Source: Chlorokybus atmophyticus (Eukaryota; Plantae; Mesostigma and Chlorokybus algae). Taken from it: a DNA stretch of 12,665 bases. Position 1 is the first letter of the stretch, and each line of letters starts with the position of its first letter. Shown piece after piece: positions 1 to 9,460 of the stretch. The DNA lies in NCBI GenBank assembly GCA_009103225.1, contig RHPI01002823.1:769978-782642 (forward strand), read 5' to 3'. The notes below the pieces were generated by a model. That model did not search any database. It was not told where the DNA came from and saw only the letters and a program-made list of their open reading frames with translations. The position numbers were made by a program, and so were the translations under genes.

Positions 1-2015
1 CACCCACTCCCCATGCTCGCGCTGAACGGTCACGCAGCCAATCATGTTTGCCAACAAGCCCAGCTTGTTGGCAAACATGGTCATCTGCAGGTGCTCGACG
101 TACACATCTTTTCTCCGCACGATCTGTCGCACCTTGGCCATGGCTAGGTCAATGTTGCAGTTGATATCAGCCAACATGGTCGCAGGCAGTTTGTCGTAAT
201 ACTGCGCCATCTCTCCCGCGGCATCAGTGGCTCTGCAGAAGTCTAGGATTCTGCTCGCCACGCCTGCATCGACAGCCTTGGCGGTGATTTTGCGGAGAGT
301 GTGCCCCCTGCCGTCGTCGTCCATGGTGTCCAGCATGGCCCAAAATCTGCTCGAGCTGGGGCACTTGTGATCATCCAGGACACTTTGCGCTATGGATGGC
401 CTGGCGCGAAATACACAATGGTAGAAGCAGTTACCATCCGTTGGCGCATTGAAGTGGTCCCATGAGGCGAGCTGGCCACCTAGCATGACTGATGGCCGTA
501 TGCGGGTTGCGGCCAGCTCCTCTGATGACTCGCTGGCAGGTGGTGACCCCTGCTGCATGCGCATACAGCACTCACATGGTGTGTCCAACTGTGGACGGCA
601 AGAGTCACAGTGACTGATAAAGTACCTGAGTTTGGGGCAGACTGCCGGCTTCAACTTGCAGCGGGTGGGGTAAGGTAGGTGCAGAAGCCACATCGGTTGT
701 TGCATTGTGCTGTGGTCTCGCCGGTGGCGGCAAGAAGGATTGTTGCCCCGCAATCACCGGTGCTGCTCGTGGAGGAGATGGCAGTGCACGAAGGACTGGT
801 GCCGCGGAAGGTGGTTGCGCTCTGGCTGGGAGGGGAGCAGGAGCTGCAGGTGAGACCACTTGTGCATGCAGCAAGGGGGGCTGTATACAGGACCCAGGAT
901 AAGATGGCTCACAATGTTGCAAAGGACGAATATAAGCTTATGCAGTGCCTGACGCATTGTTACCAAGGCACGAGCATAAAAGACAGCGACTTACCTCAAT
1001 GGCCCGTGGGCTGCATGGAGCAGGGGAAGCCATGGGGGCTGACAAGGTGGTATTGGCTGCACTCTCCCCGCCACCCTCGATGGCAGACTCGTCACGGAGC
1101 TCTTGAGCCATGGGCACATCATGCGCCACTGCCCCAATGGACATGTCGGGATTCAACAGGCCAACATGCATGTTAAACTGATGCCGCATTGCCGCCGCGC
1201 CCATCAGCAAGTGGGATTGAAGGACCAGTTGATGGGATTGAATCCAGGCTTGCATAGGAGCTCCAACAGGACTTAGTGCACTGTGGTGCTGTCAACCAAT
1301 CACATGTGGGTTAGCTGCATGCTTGCGACACTGCAATTGCAATAGTCAACTGCGTCACACCGTCATCAGTTGGTTGCTTCGAACAGTCACCTGCGGCATT
1401 GCTGGTTGATGCACGAATGATTGCATGGACTGCGTCATTGCTGGTTGATGCACTATTGGTTGAATGCCGGACGAATGGCCACGCGCTCCTGTGCTCAAAC
1501 CCAGCCTACTTCGTTCGGCACGCGCGCGCGACTTCGCACGCTCACGCACATCCTAGCATGCAAAGGTAGGCATGCATTGGAGCCGACATTGCAGTCAACA
1601 TGCACAGCGAGATTGGCAACAACATACCGCCGCCCAGCTCTGTCTATCTGCTCTTGCTTCCGCAATGTCGGCTTGACTGTAGGGTGGGTATGGGTGAATA
1701 GTGGAGGCCTGCAGCCACGCTACATATATCACATGGACTGCGCTAAAAAACAAATTGCTCTTGCAAGGAAATGCATGTGACTGTTGAGCGTACCTCTGCA
1801 TTCCTTTGTGCTTGTTCCCACAGCCGCAACTGGTCCCGCATGGTTCTGACAAGGGGCTCCAAGGATTGCAGCTCCTGATCCACTCCCTGTTGCAGAAAGC
1901 GAGCCACCAAGCAGCTCTCTGTGTGAAGATGGTCTTTAATGGCTTGCCTGCTGGTTTGTCCAATGTTGGTGATGCATGTTGGACAGCCCCATTGCTGACG
2001 CCTGCCATGATCCAT
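1..2015 (-). CDS. Multi-exon gene, 3' truncated at the left edge: N-terminal C2HC zinc-finger-like motif, Pro/Ala-rich linker and OTU-like cysteine protease domain
   Basis: Hand-built exons on the minus strand: 2015-1794, 1708-1628, 1552-1391, 1288-995, 880-626 and 552-<1. All introns are GT-AG and phase 0 (85, 75, 102, 114 and about 73 nt); the last acceptor could be 589, 553 or 550. The frame is open from 552 to 1 and was missed by the ORF track because it has no stop. It reads WDHFNAPTDGNCFYHCVFRAR...VYVEHLQMTMFANKLG, containing the OTU catalytic D-G-N-C loop and a plausible downstream OTU helix. The N-terminal motif is CPTC-x14-H-x5-C. The start codon is uncertain: ATG at 2015, or an extra exon from 2206. 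The catalytic His is not inside the window. Confidence 0.72.
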
Positions 2016-2087
2016 GACGTGGCGACCGGTAGTAGCTGGCTTCGCTGCTTGAACTCTTACGACCACAACTTCTCGCAAGATGTGCCA

Positions 2088-2116
2088 CGCCGCCGCCGCC
2101 GCCGCCGCCGCCGCCG
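2088..2116 (+). repeat. (GCC)n trinucleotide microsatellite
   Basis: About 9-10 consecutive GCC units, read directly. Confidence 0.9.
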
Positions 2117-2267
2117 ACTCCTGGTCCTCCGCCTCCTAGTTGAACCCAGGCCCATCAAGCCTGACATTCGACCCGTCATCGACCTGGTGCCCCTGCGTGC
2201 CATCATCCGGCCATCAATGAAGCGTGTTTGGGTGAGTGCATGCTAACTCCCATTTGGGCTGATCGAG

Positions 2268-2429
2268 CAATGCCTCTGTCGTACCATGGATGGTACGACA
2301 GAGCCATTGTACGGCAATCGCTGGGGTTGGACGAGAGATGCCTCTGTCGTACCATAAATGTTACGACACAACCATTGGTAACAATGGTTGTACGAAGCAT
2401 GCATGGCACGAATGCATAAGTCGTACCAT
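2268..2429. repeat. Cluster of inverted and direct repeats built on GTCGTACCAT
   Basis: Hairpin 2268-2309 has 20-bp arms with 1 mismatch, a perfect 14-bp core CTCTGTCGTACCAT/ATGGTACGACAGAG and a GG loop. Hairpin 2345-2368 has 11-bp arms with 1 mismatch. Hairpin 2368-2391 has 10-bp perfect arms and a GTAA loop. An 18-bp direct repeat ATGCCTCTGTCGTACCAT lies at 2270 and 2338, and a further motif copy at 2420-2429. Confidence 0.92.
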
Positions 2430-2611
2430 CAACCATAGGAGCAAGGACGCACTACAAGTGCGACTCTAGTGCGGGACTCTAGACGTTCAAAACCGCCTCA
2501 TTTTCGTTTTCGCGCCTCATACATTCGGGCGGGCCAACCGGCGGCGGCAGCGTTGGAGGCGGCAGCGCCACTTACAGCTAAACAGGCGGCACCCGACTAT
2601 CAGTTGGAGAG

Positions 2612-4434
2612 ATGCCTCGTGGTCCATCCGTAAGTGCACCTCGTCGTGGAGGTCGGCGCCAGTTGTCCACATTGCCCCCAGTGTTCAACCAGGCAACCGT
2701 CGCCAACCAATCGCAGCAAGACCCCGCGCTAACGCCCAGCACAACAACTCCACCTGACACCGCAGTCGCAAGGGCAAGTTAGACTGCATGCGTTCTTGAT
2801 GCACTGTGCACGTTGCTTCTTGCTCAATTGCTAACTTGGATGCTTGCTTCTATCATGACTAGCACAGTGACTCACTGCATGCGTTCTGGATACACTGTGC
2901 ACGTTGTTCTTCGTTTGCAACTGTGAGGGTTGCATCTTTCATGGCTGGCAGCATGTCTCATGTCGTTGTGCTTGCAGAGGGTCGATTGGAACCCCCAACC
3001 CAAACGCTTTTGGCCGTGACGTGGCAACCTCGGCCGTCAGCAACCCTTCCCCAAGCAAGTGGAAGATTGGCAACGAGGTAAGCACTGTGTGACACTGTGA
3101 CACTGTGTGTATGTGTGTAACGGATTGTTCTTCTGTGGACAGCATTTGCGAGATGCCGTCGTTGAAATCATAAACGGCCACTGGGTAGAGAGCCACGTTT
3201 ATCCCAAGGAGGACACTATTCGTAACGTCATGTGTCAGGTGCTGTGAATGCTTCATGACCGCACTGCACCGTGACACTGACCAACCTGCCCGTGACAGGT
3301 AGTTGGCTTCGACCATGACGACGAGGCCGATGCGGCCAAGTTCTATGAGGTGTACTGGACTCCCAAGGAGTGCCCCTTCCACTGGAGTGTCGCCCTGAAG
3401 AAAGCTACGCAGGTCCGGTCTGAGAACGTCACCAAGATCAAGCATGTCCTTGAGAAGGAGTACAAGTGGACACTGTTTAACAGCAACAAGCGCAAGTGAG
3501 TTGGGTCCCTCACCACCATGTCTGCTATGCAACACTGCCTTCTTACTCAGCCTCCATACACACGTACTCATCTCGCCTATTGTAACCGATTCAATCAGGC
3601 ACATCGACGCCCTAATGGACCCCGAGACCCAAAAAGCCCAGATGCGCAACGCGCTCCAAAGTAAGTCACAGGCACTATTCTAGCCTGGTGCAGGCTCAAC
3701 TTGAACTATCTATTTCGTGACTAATGCCTTGTCGGTATGACTGTCGCAGACAAGTCATGGCGGAGATTTGAGGTGACCGACACTGCAGACCCGGAGCGGA
3801 GGAGATACATCCATGAATGGGGCAATCCCATAATCTGGCAAATGATCGTGCAATGCTGGTCTTACGCCGTCACTACACCTGGTCGCCGGCAGCTGACAGT
3901 CAACCACCTCGCATACCTGTTGCTTACGGTGAGCACTCTGAACTCCATCATTAGCAATTCAGGAATGCTGTAGCCCCAAACTACAGGCTTGCAGACGCGT
4001 TGCAGTGAATAGTGGCTTTCGATGCCACTAAGACATGCCTGTAAACTACGCAGGTGGAGCGCATCCTAAAGGGCAAGGATGGAGACCCTCTCCTAGCTGC
4101 CAGCATAGACACACATGAAGAGTACCTCAGCGAAATCAACACCATGATCATGTCAATGAAGCGGGAGATGAGGCAACGGTACGCAGCCCTCCAGCCATTC
4201 ACCCTTGTGAAACGCCGCACTGCATCTTGTGTCGAATACCTGAAAGATCCCAATCGGCGCCGGCCGCAAGAGACAGCAGCTCGTGACCCACTCGCTGAGG
4301 CAGAAGCGGCATTTGATTGGCTGGCACAACCGTTTGAGGAGCAAGAGCAAGCTCCGGCGTCTCCTCCACAGGCCCCAGCGCGTAATGCTTTGTTCCGTAA
4401 TGACGAGACCAGCGATGATGGAGAGGAGCTGTAG
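2612..4434 (+). CDS. Multi-exon hypothetical protein (~394 aa) with a possible DUF6532-like helical domain
   Basis: Exons 2978-3077, 3143-3238, 3299-3495, 3599-3660, 3750-3928 and 4054-4434 join in frame through GT-AG introns with matching phases (0, 0, 2, 1, 0) and end at TAG 4432-4434. Exon 1 probably starts at ATG 2612; its junction is uncertain, and the best model is 2612-2777 plus a 4-nt exon at 2863-2866. The motifs KKATQVRSENVTKIKHVLEKEYKW, WGNPIIWQMIVQCW and LAYLLLTVERILKG recall the fungal DUF6532 pattern. That resemblance is from memory and was not searched. Confidence 0.75.
2783..2906 (+). repeat. 33-bp imperfect direct repeat inside the first intron region
   Basis: ACTGCATGCGTTCTTGATGCACTGTGCACGTTG (2783-2815) versus ACTGCATGCGTTCTGGATACACTGTGCACGTTG (2874-2906): 31/33 identical. 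Confidence 0.92.
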
Positions 4435-4777
4435 CGCAGTTGGTAGTCCGTTTAGCTGGTAGTGTACATAGCTACAAGGCTCTTGTGACTGAGTGTTGTG
4501 CATCTTAAACCAGCTCAGTCAATCGTCATTATGCTCATGCACATCAATACTTGCATCCCTATGATATACAACAGAATTGCATTCGAGTCACATAATCGAA
4601 CTACAAGCCTTGACAAGTGACTGAGAGACACTGTACACATTTCAGGTACATGTACACAGCACAGGCACATAACAATGCTGGAAGTCAGTGACAGTCGCGT
4701 GTAGTCAAGCTATGCAAATACACATGACGACAGTTAGGCATTGGTCACCTTCAGTTGTTAAAGAATGCCTTATTTTG

Positions 4778-5201
4778 TCGATAATTACCTAGTTGGTGCT
4801 TGTGAATTAGGCTTAGTTGCCTGCGCTGGACTGATGTGTATCCTGCAGGTGCCTGTCACATAGGCTGAGTCACCTAGGTAAGACTGATGTGTAACTTACA
4901 GGTGCCCGTTGATTAATTGTAGTCACCTAATAAGGCCTGATGTGTAACTAACAGTTGCCTGTAAATTACACAAAGTCATTTGTTAAGGCCTGGTGTGTAA
5001 CTAACAGGTGCCTGTTCATTTTATAAAGTCACCTGGTAAGGTCTGATATGTAACTAACAGCTGCCTGTAAATTACACAAAGTCATTTGTTAAGGCCTGGT
5101 GTGTAACTAACAGGTGCCTGTTTATTTTATAAAGTCACCTGATAAGGCCTGATAGGTAACTAACAGGCGCCTGTTAGTTAGGCAAAGTCAACTCTTACAG
5201 A
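4778..5201 (+). repeat. 53-bp tandem repeat array (7 clear units plus at least 1 degenerate upstream unit) with a palindromic core
   Basis: Units start at 4831, 4884, 4937, 4990, 5043, 5096 and 5149, an exact 53-bp period. Approximate consensus is CTGATGTGTAACTAACAGGTGCCTGT-N9-AAAGTCACCTGGTAAGGC. Units 3/5 and 4/6 are near-identical, giving a 106-bp higher-order repeat. A degenerate unit lies at about 4778-4830. Confidence 0.95.
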
Positions 5202-5379
5202 CCAAATTGTAACAAAAAGGGCCTTACAGTAACGAAAGTTACTATTAGGTCCCTGTATCAAGATTACAGGTGGCCTGAGCCACGACAGTCTAAATTAGCG
5301 TCCTCAGGTGCACGGCCGTTGCCAATATTTAGTCGGCCGGCAGGGAAAACATATTGCGACGTTAGCAGAATGATATATT

Positions 5380-7010
5380 GTAAATCTGTGATAACACAAC
5401 AATATTGACACAAGAATATCAACACGATTGATGTTAACATTGTGATAAACATATATCGAACTCATAATTTATATGCTATATTCAATGAGTTAACGAAAAA
5501 AATTGAAGTATGTAGCAAGATTTAAACATTGCGATAGTGTTATTATTGACAAATGCATATTTGTAATAATTTTACACATATTTCTTAATTGTAAAAGACG
5601 TGTTGTAAATTGCACTAGCATTGCATTATCAAATCACATTATCATATTGCATTTGCATTATCAATTTCATGGCACATTCCGCACAAGCAAGTGGCTTATT
5701 CATTGTCGTTAATACCTGCGCAACGATCAATATCTGTAATAGCATGTGAATGGCGATTTTTATTATAATTTACATAATTAACATAATATTTCAGCAAGCC
5801 TTCAGAAGTGAAAGTACGTCAATCTTTCCATCACTTATAAAGTAGCTTATGATATGTGAATGATAAGAGCTAATGTATTGAATATTATCTTCGATAGGTT
5901 TGCTGCATTGCATTTTGCTGCTGTTATCAATATAAGTCAGATTGCTTAAACAACGCTTACCAAACACTACAATCGATAAGAAGGTTTCACGTGCAGTATG
6001 ATTGATTGTTAAAGCTATATGTACAACAGACTTTTTAAGCCATAAGTCAGTACTACCTAATAATGTGTATGAAGAAACCGAAGTCGGGTATGCATACGCA
6101 AGTGTGTGAATAAACATATGACACATATTATACAATTGTTTATGGTCAAATTTTGCTTGGCATGCACTTGCACTCCAACATCAGCTCAATCAGCTCAACC
6201 ATTATCAACACTAGGCATTCATTATGCATGTAAATTCAGGTACATTTTAATGTACATTTTTCTCGTCTGCTGAGCATTGTTATAGCCATTGCAAATCTTT
6301 ACATCAAAGATGAAAATCAATACGCACATCACGAACGACATAAGCAACAATTGTCACTTGTGCATACAACTTCAGCTTTATTGACAGATTATGTCACAAG
6401 TTCCACTTGTTCAAAGCATGTCTAAAATCAGCAAAAGTCATTGCATGACTGTACACTTTTGTGTCCATTTATACAAAGGCCTTCAAAGCTTCCATACAAC
6501 TGCATTTGTGGGAGTTGTAAGAGTTTCAAGGCGTTTATAAGCTCATTGGATAGCTCTGGATAGCTCATTGGATGGCTCTTGTTCAGCAGAACAACGCTCA
6601 TTGATAATTGGTGACAAGGTTCCTTCGTCACAAGAAGTCTATCTTATATGAATGACTCAATTTGTCCCTTCAACAAACCGTAACCCCAATGACACTACGT
6701 TGCATTATGTTAAATTATTGTGCCGATTTCAACGTGACCAACTTCCTGGTTACATCAAACGCAGAGGTAACAATATTCACGATGTACCTTGTGTTTAACA
6801 CATGGTACTTTCACCATGTGTTACATAGTCAAAGTACCACCGGCGAAGAAGGCCGTGCCGAGAAGGGCTTTCTGACCGTACGTCAACATACCAACATATA
6901 CCATGTATTTTTAAGTGTACATCTAGCCCTAGTGTTAAGCTTGCATGGCACAACACGGAACGGATAGTGAAGCAAGGGCAAAAGTATGTGTACTATTTAT
7001 AATGATGCTT
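5380..7010. other. AT-rich island without recognisable genes or host-type microsatellites
   Basis: Line 5461-5520 is 25% GC by hand count. The flanking genes are clearly more GC-rich (estimated at about 55-60%). Only short ORFs are present. Confidence 0.7.
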
Positions 7011-7339
7011 ATGACAACTGAATGTAAGCAGAAGACTTATTGCACAACCTTTGTTCATGGGAAAGTAACATGTATTGGCCTACCTTCTCATGGCGCGATA
7101 CACAGTGGTGTGCCGTAGCATTCGGGCTCTCCATACTTGGCTTGTGCGTGCGCAAGCATGGGCGTGTGGGTCTGTGCATGCGTGTGCGCGCGCGGTGGGC
7201 ACTGCTGGTGTTCTCTTGGCACACACGCGCGCACATACGTGCGTACCAAGCGTCACATGTGTGTGTGCATGTGTGCATGTGCATGCCCAAGTGTGAGTGT
7301 GTGTGTGTGTGCGCGCGTGCTGAGGGTGGTGGTGGGTGG

Positions 7340-7750
7340 NNNNNNNNNNNNNNNNNNNNNNNNNNNNNNNNNNNNNNNNNNNNNNNNNNNNNNNNNNNNN
7401 NNNNNNNNNNNNNNNNNNNNNNNNNNNNNNNNNNNNNNNNNNNNNNNNNNNNNNNNNNNNNNNNNNNNNNNNNNNNNNNNNNNNNNNNNNNNNNNNNNNN
7501 NNNNNNNNNNNNNNNNNNNNNNNNNNNNNNNNNNNNNNNNNNNNNNNNNNNNNNNNNNNNNNNNNNNNNNNNNNNNNNNNNNNNNNNNNNNNNNNNNNNN
7601 NNNNNNNNNNNNNNNNNNNNNNNNNNNNNNNNNNNNNNNNNNNNNNNNNNNNNNNNNNNNNNNNNNNNNNNNNNNNNNNNNNNNNNNNNNNNNNNNNNNN
7701 NNNNNNNNNNNNNNNNNNNNNNNNNNNNNNNNNNNNNNNNNNNNNNNNNN
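7340..7750. other. Assembly gap (411 N)
   Basis: Run of N, flanked by (TG)n-rich sequence on the left and G-runs on the right. Confidence 1.
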
Positions 7751-8637
7751 GGGGGGAAGGGGGGGGCATTGTACTCATCAACTGATTCAGTCAACGCTGA
7801 TCGTGCGGCGTAGTCACATTGTCTAGCTACAGACTGCAATGGGATGGTAAGACCGGTTCCATTTTGCCCCGTCTGTCCCCCCTCTCTAACACACACACAG
7901 CCCGTGTGGGTAGGTAATGACAATTTGTACATGTGCATACATGTTTAACGGGGAGGGCTGGTAGGTGTACAGTAGTGCCCGGCACTATTGAGTAGATGTT
8001 AGCCCGTTGGTAACAACCGTGAAGTGTGTATGTAGATGCTTTAATGGTGTGCATGCTCCCTGGTGTCTCCACACAATCAAAACCGCCAATGCTGGGTTCC
8101 ACCACCTCCAACCGGTCTTTACCTCTTCCTTCCTTAAGCACTCGACGCCGTTCATAGTGGCGCACGCGTCATGTTTGAAGTTGTGTGCTTCGCAACCCAC
8201 AAAGTGGCACACGCTGCGTCGTCCTATGCACCGCATCTCTCTTTAACGCACTGAACAACTCTCAAACTCGATGGCGCTAAACTTATCGTCCAAAGACGGT
8301 GAGCGCGAGATGTCGATGGGGTGGCTGATTATCAGTATCAACGTGTTGCTGTCATCGTGCCATCATCAAAATTTGCATTGGTACCAAGTCTCCTTCGATC
8401 GAGACCAACGTAGTGCATACATCACGCACGCACGCATGCACGCACGCACACACACACACACAATCCCGCCCTCGACACCTGCCACTCGCATGCATCACAC
8501 GGTAGGGCTGATACATGATGGACTCGTGTGCACGAGGGCCGTAGCAGTCTGAAGTGCATGTACACTTACTTTTCTTTGGGTGCTGCTTCTCACTAGTTTG
8601 CGCTGTTGAGAACTTGTGGGCGTGTGTTGCCTGACAG

Positions 8638-9264
8638 GCATGAAGGCGACATGTATACTTTGCAGTATCCGCATAGACGGTGTGCGTGTGTGTGCGCGCG
8701 CGCGCGTACACATGCGTGCAGGTGGGTGGGTGTACATGCATGCGAGTGCACATTGCTGATGGTATGTACTCCACCGCCACGAGAAATCTGGTGGCGGGTT
8801 TCAGTCGTCCTGTGGTGGCTGGACCACGCCTTCTATCCCCTTCCGTTGGAGCGAATGACGATGACCACCGGTGAAGGTTCACTGCAGCAGCCATGCAAAC
8901 GCTCCAACCCCTCGGGGAAGTCTTCGGCGCCGCTGTGGATAACATATACTTTTTCCTTCAGCATGCCCCTTTAATGACGGCACGCTCACACCTGCTTCGT
9001 TGTCATTGCCTCATCCTTCTACGCGCACACATACATGCACACATGCTAGCACAGATTGAGCGCTTAGCTGCAAAGACTTGTGTACCAGTACTCGGTGATG
9101 AACATCAGCTACAAAGACAAGACATCACTTGTTACTACACAAAGACAGTCAGTTCACCACGCGCGTTGCTGAGCTACTGCTACAAAGTGGCACACACAAT
9201 GGTCAACACAACGCGACAAATTCGTTTTCCTCATAGGCTCATCTTTGAGAACGTGTTTGTGTAA
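8638..9264 (+). pseudogene. Possible degenerate spliced coding region of unknown family
   Basis: Protein-like segments HEGDMYTLQYPHRR, VLWWLDHAFYPLPLE, MQTLQPLGEVFGAAVDNIYFFLQHAPLMT and IERLAAK...RFPHRLIFENVFV* are separated by intron-like CA/TG-rich stretches (for example 8980-9054, GC..AG). The frames do not join around 8870 without a frameshift. No family recognised. Confidence 0.25.
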
Positions 9265-9460
9265 CAATTGAGAGCGCAATCCAACGCATCACTGCAGTGG
9301 CTGTCACAGCCCTTCCCTAGGCTCAACAAGTAAGATAGTGCAATACACGCTCAAGTGTGAGAGAGTGTGTTGCCATCGGGAAACAACCCAACTCTACAAC
9401 TTTGCAGCTGCTAAATAGCCCTTCCTACCATCGACCTAATTGTACAAGAACGAACACAAC

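Noticed and set aside
2450-2458. CACTACAAG resembling a CACTA transposon terminus
   Set aside because: No matching inverted copy or TSD was seen in the window, and a 9-mer match is compatible with chance.
679-3649. Overlapping ORF-track entries such as 679-1176 (+), 1806-2246 (+) and 2939-3649 (-)
   Set aside because: They are antisense or off-frame to the spliced gene models, as expected in GC-rich DNA, and have no recognisable motifs.
4831-5201. CRISPR array (conserved repeat plus variable segment)
   Set aside because: The variable parts are only 9 nt and recur (unit 3 equals unit 5), the repeats drift in sequence, there are no cas genes, and the context is eukaryotic.
5228-5260. Helitron 3' end (hairpin plus CTRR)
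   Set aside because: The hairpin is present but there is no CTRR at the expected distance on either strand. The 2268-2309 hairpin is followed by CTGG but not by the expected T.
5362-5385. GATATATTG resembling a T-DNA border or oriT core
   Set aside because: It lacks the CAGGATATAT consensus and spacing, has no relaxase nearby, and lies in AT-rich sequence.
7009-7938. Long ORFs in the track spanning 7009-7938
   Set aside because: Artefacts of translating the N gap and flanking (TG)n repeats.
9140-9264. FkbM methyltransferase-like or ankyrin-like fragments (RFPHRLIFE; VAELLLQSG)
   Set aside because: Only a few residues match, in different frames, and the core family motifs are absent.
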